Positions 38,764 through 51,595 of a DNA stretch of 64,000 nucleotides are shown in pieces. The position numbers and the translations under genes are program-made. The notes under the pieces were generated by a model. It was given only the letters and a program-made list of their open reading frames with translations, searched no databases and was not told the origin of the DNA. This DNA is from Mytilus trossulus (Eukaryota). Position 1 is the stretch's first letter. Every line of letters begins with the position of its first letter. The stretch spans positions 50,220,001 through 50,284,000 of the forward strand of contig NC_086380.1 of assembly GCF_036588685.1 (NCBI RefSeq), read 5' to 3'.

Positions 38764-41700
38764 CTGAAACAGAAAAGTTGAATAATTCACAGTACTGACA
38801 TGTATCTTACAATGTTCGCATAGAAGTCACTCCTTTGATAACTCGCTCTGCAACTTGATACAATTTAAGTTTATTATACAAGCACACTTATAAATACAAG
38901 GTTTACACCAGCAATTGTAGATTCATAAGTCGACCTGAAACCGACAACACAATTGAAAAGAGAATACAACGACAAAAAGACAGACAACTACCTACGACAA
39001 ACTACAAAGAGAACAGAAAAAATAAACAACACGAACCTCAAAATCTTTTCATTTGCAACATTAAATAACATTTTGAAAAAAAAACAATATGAAATGAACG
39101 AAAGGCTATTTATTATGAATGCATATACACATTTATGTTAAACTGTTTGCAAACGAATAAAAAAGACACGCTATATTTTTTGACAAAACATACATCTTGA
39201 ATAGAAATTTTGGTAAACAAAATGTTGGGTTCAAAATACCAACACATTTACTATGGCATAAGATTTTTTCTGATTTTTGATATTTATAAACATTGCTATG
39301 TTTGGATTCTCTTCTGTACTCCTTATTTTTTTACTTATCAGGTTATTTATATTTGTCATGGCAGATACAAAGGAAAAGAAAGCAACTAAGCTACATCCTG
39401 TACAAGATTGTCAAAATAAAAAATAAATGGCATATGAAAAATATATAGAGGTATGTCGATATCAATACGTTAACAATCTTTTGATTTGTCTGCATATCTT
39501 CTGTTTTTTCCTTGACAACCTTATGTATATTGGGAAGGTTGGAAAAGAAAGTACCGGGAACATTATCTGTACATCAGATATGCTATTTCTCATGAATGTA
39601 TAACTTATAATAATTTACTTCAAGCTTAAACTTATGAATGTACGCACAGAAGTTACCTTTTAATTTAGATAATGAATTGAACATCATACATAAATCTTTA
39701 CTGCTGAAATTTCAAATAACCTCAGTTGCTACATACGGTTAATAATCAATGTTTGTAATACATGAGCATCAGGAATATTTGAGATAAAAATCTTTTTACA
39801 GACATTGCCCCCCGATGTCTTGAGAAATACCAAAACTTAAGAAAATCAGAAACCAAAGGTTTGGAGAATATTTGAAAGTCTTTCTCATAATTTGATAGGA
39901 AAATATTCACTTTTGGTTTAATATGGTAATTCAGATAATAAAAAAAAAGTGCTGTTTTCCAAATAAAAATGATTTATTTTTCCTTCGGATGAAATAAAGG
40001 TAGAAAGGTACTCCTTGTTTACAGAATGTCACTTCTGGTTTCATTTGAATCTGATTACACAATGACTCTGACAAATAATTCAAAGTGCTTAAACATAAAA
40101 AAAAAATCAAAAATGGTTACTTTCGGTTTACTAAAGTTATTTTCTTGTTGACTTTCTCCAAGGTCATATTTCTGCAACCTGATGTAAAAGACCCTATGAC
40201 TTTATAATGTACCAAACAGTAACAAAAATACCAAACTCATAGAAATTTCAAAGCGGAAAGTCCAAAAGTTCAACCACACCAAACTCTGTAATAAGAAGTT
40301 ACAGCGAATGTGTAAATCTAAAAAGTCAAACTAAACTTTGACCTTGACTTCAATTTCCAGGTTATATGACAATGACTATAAATTAAAAGAGACCCTTGCT
40401 CCTATATATTGTTAATGAGTTATATCACCATACTCGTAATGTTTAACCTAAGGGAGGACTAAACTCTCATATGGAGTCTCCGGACAGCTTCAGTCCAATG
40501 ATATTCATAATCCTAAATATATAACGAGCAATTTGGTAACCCAAATTTGTCTTTTACGGTTTCGAAGGAGTAGTAGACACAAGAACAAACAGTGTTTGGG
40601 GAGATAACTCTTACAAACAAAATTGCTCGGTTAAACATTGACATTTTAAAAAGCGCATAAACTGTTCGATATCATATAAGAAAAAAAAATAACAATCAGA
40701 ACAAAAGCAATAGGACTTTCTATGGAAAAGTAGAAATATCTAATAATCAGAACAAAAGCAAAAGGTCTTTCCACGGAAAAGTTCAAATACGGTAACTATG
40801 TTAATCGTACCCAACTTATTAAAATTTCAACAGAGAAACCCATGGATCTGGTTATGTATGGTACATGTTTAGACTTTCGACTAGCAGACTATCTTCTATT
40901 AAGATTGTTATCATCAGAATCACGATTCAAAACTTAAATTCTACTAATTAGCTTTCATTCGAAATATTTAACATCGAGTGTACCAATGTTTTTATATCCA
41001 ATTGTTTTCCATTTAACCACCTACAACAACTATATATCGCTTCTTGAAACAAATAAATACAAGAGTCTATTCTATTTGCCCAGTTTTAAGAACAAACGTC
41101 TCACCAGATGTCAAAATTAATTGATGAAATGCAAATGACTGAATATGTGGTTCAGACATAACAAACGGTTTTACAACCTTATACCTATTTCTATTTAAAT
41201 GTGTAGTTGTTTCCATATATAATGCACTATTTTGCCCTAAGAAAACTATCACAGGGGTAAAAAACTAATTTATAACTTACGACTCAATCCCCAATATATA
41301 TCAAATGAATACAAACAAAATGTTATATAATTGCATTTTGCTATCAAATGCTACAAAATGTAGCGTCCCATTCGCCTAGGGTAGGATATTCTACCTCAAA
41401 TAACAATGTACGTGTAAGACATGAAAAGCCAACCGATACTATAAATGATCAATAAAAAGCAGCTTTATTAAAAGCTAATATTATTAGTAACGGTTATTAA
41501 CTAGTAAAAAAAATTTGAATGTGTGTTAAATAAATTTCAGTTTGCGCAAAATAATCAAATAACAAAAACTGTCAAAATCAGCTTCTCAATCAAGTCTGTA
41601 CTCTGAAATGAATCAAGTCAATCGATACACTCGATATATAGAACGTATGAACACAAATGTGAAAGTAAAAAACCCAAATGGCATTATAGTTGACAAGTCG

Positions 41701-44700
41701 GATTTTAGATAATTCTTACAAGTTAAAAGGCTAAATATGGATTGAATAAGATGCAGTAATGGCATCTGAATTATGTAATTATGTTGTAGATAGGAAGGAT
41801 CAAACCGCAAAATAAGCAATTATGCCAAAGTGGATATAAGTGTGACCAGTTTCGCTGTAAAATATACGCCGATAATGAATGACTGAAGGCTAATGTAAAA
41901 GTATTACTATAAATAATCGTGTAACCACACTGTCTATCTTTAAGAAAAAAACTATTTATGTTCCAAGATATGATATCAAATAGAATTGCATTCTCCAATT
42001 GCAACATCTAACAGAATAAATGCGAAAAAAAAATCACAATAAATGTCTATCATTCATTTAACAATCCAATATATATAAATTCCTTTTTTTTGCAAATAGA
42101 ATTAAACTACACACACGAAAATTATAAAATTTTTTTGTAAATGAGTCCAATTTCTGTTTCCTTATTTATTAATTTACTTTGGGATCTTCTCCCTTTCCTC
42201 TGTTTTTAAATAGATGATTTTTTTTTATCTAATATCATGGTTCTCTGAAGTCCTATAGTATGCATTTTTGTAAATATTGACAATGTATTTTCCCATAGGA
42301 ACTCCCTTTTTGGCTTAAACTGTAACACTTTTACTATGAAGTTTTGAAAAAAATCATATCCTAGAATGGAAAGTTCATATACACTTCTATTTTTGCAAAG
42401 ATCAAATAATAGGACTGTGCGGTATATTTTCAACGTTTATATGCCCCGAACTTCTAAGAATTCAAACTTACACTAAATTTCTTAACTACCCCTAACTCGA
42501 CTGTAGTGTTACAACAGATTTAAATATAAACAATATTCACATGTAAATATACTGGTAAACAAAATTTATTATCTATTAATAAATAAATTTGGTGTATTTA
42601 CTGTCTTCCGATTGGTTAAAAGTATGACTTTTATTTTCAATGTTGTCAATTTTTATGGCGAAACGCCCACTCTGACGTTGCGTATTCATACGCAAACATG
42701 TGTGTACGTTGTTATTGTTAATATGAATAATATAAAAAGTTCTTTGAGTCTTATGTTTGAAAGAAATTTATTTTTAAAGAATTTTATGGTTCAATAAATT
42801 CAAAAAAAAAAAATATTGCAATTCATTAAATATTCCAAATCTCCTAAAAAAAGGCGTGGTTTGATAAACATCTGTATTTACAAAAGGCAACCTCTACAAA
42901 CATTTATACAAATAGAAAACTCTCTAAAAACACTTTTTCTCACATAAATACTCACTTACAAAAATTATTGCCTTAAGGAAATCACTACATAGAATCTGAG
43001 TTTTCTTTGACTGTACATTTAATGTCTCCTCCAATGTTTTGATTTTTTAGAGAATTTGAAAGAAAATTTTAATTATTGCCAGCCTACCCTATTTGCATGT
43101 TTTCTGACAGAAAACATGTAAAATGGCTAGAACCGGTTTACAACTGTTCTAATAACATATTGAAAATATTTTAGAATATTGTAAATGTAATGTTTAGAAG
43201 TAAATCATTCCAACATTCAATATTATATAAATTATCCAATCTTGTCCTAGTTCCCTGTCCACATCTTACTGTATGCCTATTTGTCAATAAAAAATCACAT
43301 TTTCTGGCTCAAATGGTCAGTTAAGAATTCTTGTCACAACAGTATTATCTGTAACCATATATCTGACACAGTTTTAACTAATATATGAACTAGAAGGGTT
43401 AAAACAAAGTCATATTTGCAATAGTTGTATGTATGCAAAGACCAGTCTGATGTATAAATTCATGAAATGTTATAGAGATGACTTCTAACATCTGATTTTT
43501 GCATAACTTCCAAGCACAATTATTGGTTTCTATAGAGAACCCTTTAAAATCATAAAATCATTGCATTTACAAGCTAAATTATTTGTTTTATGACCCAGGG
43601 GGTAGATAAAGGCAACAGTAGTATACCGCTGTTCAAAACTCATGAATCCATGGAAAAAAAACAAAATCGGGTTAACAAACTAAAACCGAGGGAATTTTAC
43701 GGCAATTTTCTCTGTCCCCCCCCCTTTTTAGGGCCTCAAATTCCCTAAATTGTTTTGCTGTTTCTAGCAATATGGAAAATTTAGTACATATTCAGGATAG
43801 AACACACTATTGTCAGTTTTGCCGATATATTTTTTTATATTTCCAGCTTGTATTTTTGTATGCCACGGTGACAAAAAAGCTGATTTAGGTGTTCATGATA
43901 TTTATTGGGATCGAGTCTTAAGTTATGAATTAGTTTCTTACCCCTGTGGTAGTTTTCCTAGGGCAAAACAGTGCATTATATATGGAAACAACTACACATT
44001 TAAATAGAAATAAATATAAGGCTGTAAAACCGTTTGTTATGTCTGAACCACATATTCAGTCATTTGCATTTCAAGCAGTCGAATGTACCTAATGTATAGT
44101 TGATTGGAAATCATAGTTATTTATGGCCACACAATGTGTTTAAATATTTTGCAAATTTTGTACACATGAATTAATTGTGAAATAAACATGAATTTTACGT
44201 TTATCGAGCTTATACACGTAATTCACGTGAATTTCACGTGAAAAACTGATTCACGTGAATTTCACGTTAAATTTTTCATGTGAAATTCACATGAATCGAG
44301 ATATTTTTGTTTTAAAGAAATTAAAGTGAATTCAGCCTCAATCACACAAATTTCACAGGATTGAGCTTATTAAAGTAAGTCAGTTCTAAGGTAATTCAAA
44401 TTCTGTTTTGATATATATAAGCATGAATACTATTCTTATTGGTCTTGATCATGTGTTCATACTTGCATTCTATTTTACTTTCTTGTATCCAAAATGTTTT
44501 GGTCTTAAACAAAGAAGTCAAAAAACTGCATCAGAGGCTATAAATAATAACCAGGGCTTTTTAGTTCACTCCGAGAACTTTTTGGGTTGTGTGCGAGTAT
44601 CAATCATTTTGTTGTGAATGATTTATGGACTGTGATCATTCATAGAAGATATTTGCACTGATGTATTATTGATTTGAGTTGATTTTCATAATGTATGTAC

Positions 44701-45191
44701 AAGTCATATTGTGTGGTCATCAGTTTTGGCAGAAACCAATCAAAAACGATTGAAATAAATTATTTTGTATTTTCAAAAAGGAAAAAAAACGCATTTTTTT
44801 CCAATCATACTTTTTTCTACAATAGTAATACTGGCGAATAACAGTGAAAATGAAATATCTGATTTCGCACTTTGTATACACTGTAAGTTTATTCATTCTA
44901 ATTGTTTTAAGAATAATAACACGAAGGGAATTTAACTAGACAAATAAGGTCTTCCAAGTAAAACAACTGTCTGGAAGAATCAGACAAGTTGACCCGATAT
45001 GCAAACGTTATAATTCTTCTTGTTTTAATACATAGCTTATGCTTTACCCATTGGTATTTTTAAGTATATTCGAGATTCTGATTACATTGGCAATACTCTG
45101 TGGACATTCAGTTTGAATTGTCTTTCAAATAATAAAGTACTATTACCGATTGCAAACTGTTGACTATTTTAGCAAATATAACACTTCATAC

Positions 45192-45293
45192 CTTATTTTT
45201 TTCCGCTGGATCTATGGTTGTTCTTTCTAATAACAGTTTGAATAATTCTGTATTTCCTCTTTGAACAGCTAAATGTAAAAGAGTGTCACCGTC
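45192..45293 (-). CDS. ANK-Roc gene, ankyrin exon 8, variant A
   Basis: Identical to 51639-51740, intact AG/GT. Confidence 0.87.
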
Positions 45294-47656
45294 CTGAAAC
45301 AGAAAAGTTGAATAATTCACAGTACTGACATGTATCTTACAATGTTCGAATAGAAGTCACTCCTTTGATAACTCGCTCTGCAACTTGATACAATTTAAGT
45401 TTATTATACAAGCACACTTATAAATACAAGGTTTACACCAGCAATTGTAGATTCATAAGTCGACCTGAAACCGACAACACAATTGAAAAGAGAATAAAAC
45501 GACAAAAAGACAGACAACTACCTACGACAAACTACAAAGAGAACAGAAAAAATAAACAACACGAACCTCAAAATCTTTTCATTTGCAACATTAAATAACA
45601 TTTTGAAAAAAAAACAATATGAAATGAACGAAAGGCTATTTATTATGAATGCATATACACATTTATGTTAAACTGTTTGCAAACGAATAAAAAAGACACG
45701 CTATATTTTTTGACAAAACATACATCTTGAATAGAAATTTTGGTAAACAAAATGTTGGGTTCAAAATACCAACACATTTACTATGGCATAAGATTTTTTT
45801 CTGATTTTTGATATTTATAAACATTGCTATGTTTGGATTCTCTTCTGTACTCTTTATTTTTTTACTTATCAGGTTATTTATATTTGTCATGGCAGATACA
45901 AAGGAAAAGAAAGCAACTAAGCTACATCCTGTACAAGATTGTCAAAATAAAAAATAAATGGCATATGAAAAATATATAGAGGTATGTCGATATCAATAAC
46001 ACAATAGAAAAGAGAATAAAACGACAAAAAGACAGACAACTACCTACGACATACTACAAAAAGAACTGAAAAAATAAACAACACGAACCTCAAAAACTTT
46101 CAATTTGTAACATTAAATAACACCTAATTTACTGAAGACAGAAAACAATGAATATACACAATAAATCAGCAGTATGGCAATTTACATTTCAATAAATGCT
46201 GTTAGTGCTATTTCAGAAACTTCATCTTGAAAACAAAAAATCAATATGAAATGAATGAAAGGCTATTTATTACGAATGCATATACAAATTTATGTTAAAC
46301 TGTTTGCAAACGAATAAAAAAGACAGGCTATATTTTTTGACAAAACATACATCTAAAATAGAAATATTAATATTGGTAAACAAACTGTTGGGTTCAAAAT
46401 ACCAAAACATTTACTAAGGCATTTAATTTCTTCTGAATTTTGATATTTCTAAACATTGCAATGTTTGGAGTCTCGTCTATACTCCTGATTTTTACTCATC
46501 AGGTTATTTATATGTTTCATGGCAGATACAAAGAAAAAGAAAGCAACTAAGCTACATGATTGTGTTTATTCAAAATAAAATAAAAATAAATGGCATATGA
46601 AAGATATATATAGAATACGTCAATATCCATATGTTAACAATATTTTCATTTAGCTGCATAGCTTCAGTTTTTCCTTAACAAACTTATGTATATTAGGAAG
46701 GTTGGAACAGAAATTACCGGGAACTTTATCTGGATATCAGAAATGATATTTCTTCTGGATGTAAAACTTATAATTATTTTACTTCTCAATGTACGCACAG
46801 AAGATACCTTAAGTGAATTCAGCCTCAATCACACACATTTCACAGGTTTGCGCTTTTTATAGTAAGTCAATTCTAAGCTAGCACAAATTCTGTTTTGATA
46901 TATATAAGCATGAATACTATTCTTCTTGGTCTTATCATGTGTTCATACTTGCATTCTATTTTACTTTCTTGTATCAAACATTTTTTGGTCAAAGAAGGCA
47001 AACAACTGCATCACAGGCTATAAATAATTACCAGGGCATTTTAATTCACTCCCAGAACTTTTTTGGTTGTGTGCGAGTCTCAATCCTTTTTTTGTGAATG
47101 ATTTATTGAAGATGTTTGCACTGATGTATATTTCATTTGAGTTGAATTTTATCATGTATGTAAAAGTCATGATGTGTGGTCATCATTTTATGACACAAAC
47201 AAATCATAAACGATTGAAATAAATTATTTGTATTTTCAAAAAGGAAAAAAAAACCCAATTTTTTCCAATCATCCTTTATTCTGCAGTAGCAATACTGGCG
47301 AATGCAGTGAAAATGAAATCTGATTTTGCACTTTGTATAAACTGTAAGTTTATTCATTCTTATTGTTTTACGAATAATAATACAAAATGAATTTAACCAA
47401 ACAAATAAGGTCATCCAAGTAAACACAACTATCTGGAAAAAACAGACAAGTTGACCCGATATTTATACGTTATAATTCTTCTTGTTTTAATACATGATAG
47501 CTTATGCTTTACCCATTGGTATTTTTAAGTATATTCGAGATTCTGATTATATTGGCAATTCTCTGTGGACATTCAGTTTGAATTGTCTTTCCTATGATAA
47601 AGTACTATTACCCACTGCAAACTGTTGGCTATTTTAGCAAATACAACACTTCATAC

Positions 47657-47758
47657 CTTATTTTTTTCCGCTGGATCTATGGTTGTTCTTTCTAATAACA
47701 ATTTGAATAATTCTGTATTTTTTCTTTGAGCAGCTAAATGTAAAAGAGTGTTTCCGTA
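47657..47758 (-). CDS. ANK-Roc gene, ankyrin exon 7, variant C (YGNTLLHLAAQRKNTELFKLLLERTTIDPAEKNK)
   Basis: 102 nt, intact splice sites, 7 nt differences from variant A. Confidence 0.88.
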
Positions 47759-49600
47759 CTGAAACAGAAAAGTTGAATAGTTCACAGTACTTACATGTAT
47801 CTTACAATGTTCGCATATAAGTCACTCCTTTGATAACTTCTTCTGCAACTTGATACAATCTAAGTTTATTATACACGCACAGTGATGAATACAAGTTTTA
47901 CACCAGCAATTGTGGATTCAGAAGTCGATCTGAAACCGGCAACACAATAGAAAATAGAATAAAACGAAAAAAAGACAAACAACTACCTACGACAAACTAC
48001 AAAAAGAACTGAAAAAATAAACAACACGAACCTCAAAAATTCTCCATTTGCCACATTAAATAACACCTAATTCACTGAAGACAGAAAACAAAGAATATAC
48101 ACAATAAATCAGCAGTATGGCAATTTACTTTTCAATAAATGCTGTTAGTGCTGTTACAGATACTTTATGTAAAAAAAACCAAACAATATGAAATGAACGA
48201 AAGGCTATTTATTACAAATGCATACACAAATTTATGTCAAACTGTTTGCTAAAGAATAAAAAAAAAACACGCGTTATATATTGACAAAACATACATCTAA
48301 AATAGAAATATTAATATTGGTAAACAAACTGTTGGGTTCAAAATACCAAAACATTTACTAAGGCATTCAATTTCTTCTGAATTTTGATATTTCTAAACAT
48401 TGCAATGTTTGGAGTCTCGTCTATACTCTTGATTTTTACTCATCAGGTTATTTATATTTTTCATGGCAGATACAAAGAAAAGAAAGCAACTAAGCTACAT
48501 GATTGTGTTTATTCAAAATAAAATAAAAATAAATGGCATATGAAAGATATATATAGATTACGTAGATATCAGTATGTTAACAATATTTTGATTTAGCTGC
48601 ATAACTTCAGTTTTTCCTTAACACGTTTATGTATATTAGGAAGGTTGGAACAGAAATTACCGGGAACTTTATCTGGACATCAGAAATGATATTTCTTCTG
48701 GATGTAAAACTTATAATTATTTTACTTCTCAATGTACGCATAGAAGATACCTTAAGTGAATTCAGCCTCAATCACACACATTTCACAGGTCTGCGCTTAT
48801 TATAGTAAGTCAATTCTAAGCTAACACAAATTCTGTTTTGATATATATAAGCATGAATACTATTCTTCTTGGTCTTATCATGTGTTCATACTTGCATTCT
48901 ATTTTACCTTCTTGTATCCAACATTTTTTGGTCAAAGAAGGCAAACAACTGCATCACAGGCTATAAATAATTACCAGGGCATTTTAATTCACTCCCAGAA
49001 CTTTTTTGGTTGTGTGCGAGTCTCAATCCTTTTTTTGTGAATGATTTATTGAAGATGTTTGCACTGATGTATATTTCATTTGAGTTGAATTTTATCATGT
49101 ATGTAAAAGTCATGATGTGTGGTCATCATTTTATGACACAAACAAATCATAAACGATTGAAATAAATTATTTGTATTTTCAAAGAGGAAAAAAAACACAT
49201 TTTTTTTCCAATCATCCTTTATTCTTCAGTAGCAATACTGGCGAATGCAGTGAAAATGAAATCTGATTTTGCACTTTGTTTACACTGTAAGTTTATTCAT
49301 TCTAATTGTTTTACGAATAATAATACAAAGGGAATTTAACTAGACAAATAAGGTCATCCAAGTAAACACAACTATCTGGAAAAAACAGACAAGTTGACCC
49401 GATATTTATACGTTATAATTCTTCTTGTTTTAATACATAGCTTAATATGCTTTACCCATTGGTATTTTTTAGGTATATTCGAGATTCTGATTATATTGGC
49501 AATTCTCTGTGGACATTCAGTTTGAATTGTCTTTCCTATGATAAAGTACTATTACCCACTGCAAACTGTTGGCTATTTTAGCAAATATAACACTTCATAC

Positions 49601-49702
49601 CTTATTTTTTTCCGCTGGATCTATGGTTGTTCTTTCTAATAACAATTTGACTAATTCTATATTTTGTCTTTGAACAGCTAAATGTAAAAGAGTGTCACCG
49701 TC
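49601..49702 (-). CDS. ANK-Roc gene, ankyrin exon 6, variant B (DGDTLLHLAVQRQNIELVKLLLERTTIDPAEKNK)
   Basis: 102 nt, intact splice sites, 5 nt differences from variant A. Confidence 0.88.
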
Positions 49703-49811
49703 CTGAAACAGAAAAGTTGAATAGTTCACAGTACTTACATGTATCTTAAAATGTGCGCATAGAAGTCACTCCTTTGATAACTTCTTCTGCAACTTGATAC
49801 AATCTAAGTTT

Positions 49812-49957
49812 AGTGGATCTCAATGCTCGTCAACTTCGTACTTTATTTAGCTTTTTCTAAACTTTTTTGGATTCGAGCGTCACTGATAAGTCTTTTGTAA
49901 ACGAAACGCCCGTTTCGCGTATATATAAAATGTAGTCCTGGTATCTATGACGAGATT
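49812..49957 (+). mobile_element. Retrozyme-like insertion with mutated hammerhead, present in one 2-kb unit only
   Basis: GAGCGTCA CTGATAA GTCTTTTGTAAAC GAAA CGCCCG TT; interrupts TAAGTTTA|TTATACAC, which is intact in sister units. Confidence 0.75.
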
Positions 49958-51595
49958 GTTATTATACACTCACACTTATGAAAACAAGTTTTACACCAGC
50001 AATTGTGACTTCATAAGTCGACCTAAAACCGACAACACCATAGAAAAAAAACTACAAAAAGAATGAACAACACTAACCACAAAAACTTTCAATTTGTAAC
50101 ATTAAATAACAACAATTTACTGAAGACAGAAAACCATTAATATGCACAATACATCAGCAGTATGGCAATTTACTTTTCAATAAATGCTGCTAGTGCTATT
50201 TCAGATACTTCATTTTGAAAAAAAAACCAATATGAAATGAACGAAAGGCTATTTATTTTAAATGCATATACAAATTTATGCTAAACTGTTTGCAAATGAA
50301 TAAAAAGACACGCTTTATTTATTGACAAAACATACATCTAAAATAGAAATATTAATATTGGTAAACAAACTGTTGGGTTCAAAATACCAAAACATTTACT
50401 AAGGCATTTAATTTCTTCTGAATTTTGATATTTCTAAACATTGCAATGTTTGGAGTCTCGTCTATACTCCTGATTTTTACTCATCAGGTTATTTATATTT
50501 TTCATGACAGATACAAAGAAAAAGAAAACAACTAAGCTACATGATTGTGTTTCTTCAAAATAAAATAAAAATAAATGGCATATGAAAGATATATATAGAA
50601 TACGTCGATATCCATATGTTAACAATATTTTGATTTAGCTGCATAGCTTCAGTTTTTCCTTAACAAACTTATGTATATTAGGAAGGTTGGAACAGAAATT
50701 ACCGGGAACTTTATCTGGACATCAGAAATGATATTTCTTCTGGATGTAAAACTTATAATTATTTTACTTCTCAATGTACGCATAGAAGATACCTTAAGTG
50801 AATTCAGCCTCAATCACACACATTTCACAGGTCTGCGCTTATTATAGTAAGTCAATTCTAAGCTAGCACAAATTCTGTTTTGATATATATAAGCATGAAT
50901 ACTATTCTTCTTGGTCTTATCATGTGTTCATACTTGCATTCTATTTTACCTTCTTGTATCCAACATTTTTTGGTCAAAGAAGGCAAACAACTGCATCACA
51001 GGCTATAAATAATTACCAGGGCATTTTAATTCACTCTCAGAACTTTTTTGGTTGTGTGCGAGTCTCAATCCTTTTTTTGTGAATGATTTATTGAAGATGT
51101 TTGCACTGATGTATATTTCATTTGAGTTGAATTTTATCATGTATGTAAAAGTCATGATGTGTTGTCATCATTTTATGACACAAACAAATCATAAACGATT
51201 GAAATAAATTATTTGTATTTTCAAAAAGGAAATAAAAAACATTTTTTTCCAACCATCCTTTATTCTTCAGTAGCAATACTGGCGAATGCATTGAAAATGA
51301 AATCTGATTTTGCACTTTGTATACACTGTAGGTTTATTCATTCTTATTGTTTTACGAATAATAATACGAAGGGAATTTAACTAGACAAATAAGGTCATCC
51401 AAGTAAAGACAACTATCTGTAAAAAACAGACAAGTTGATTCCGATATTTATACGTTATAATTCTTCTTGTTTTAATACATAGCTTATGCTTTACCCATTG
51501 GTATTTATAAGTATATTCGAGATTCTGATTATATTGGCAATTCTCTGTGGACATTCAGTTTGAATTGTCTTTCCTATGATAAAGTACTATTACCC

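Larger units (their letters stand above)
31110..45997. repeat. Tandem segmental duplication, about 6.53-kb unit in a little over two copies, one ankyrin exon per unit
   Basis: Duplicated ORF pairs at about 6527 offset (34540/41067, 35085/41613, 37283/43810); near-identical sequence. Confidence 0.95.

Noticed and set aside
34540-44617. Identical short ORF pairs suggesting conserved small genes
   Set aside because: Identity reflects the recent segmental duplication of intron DNA
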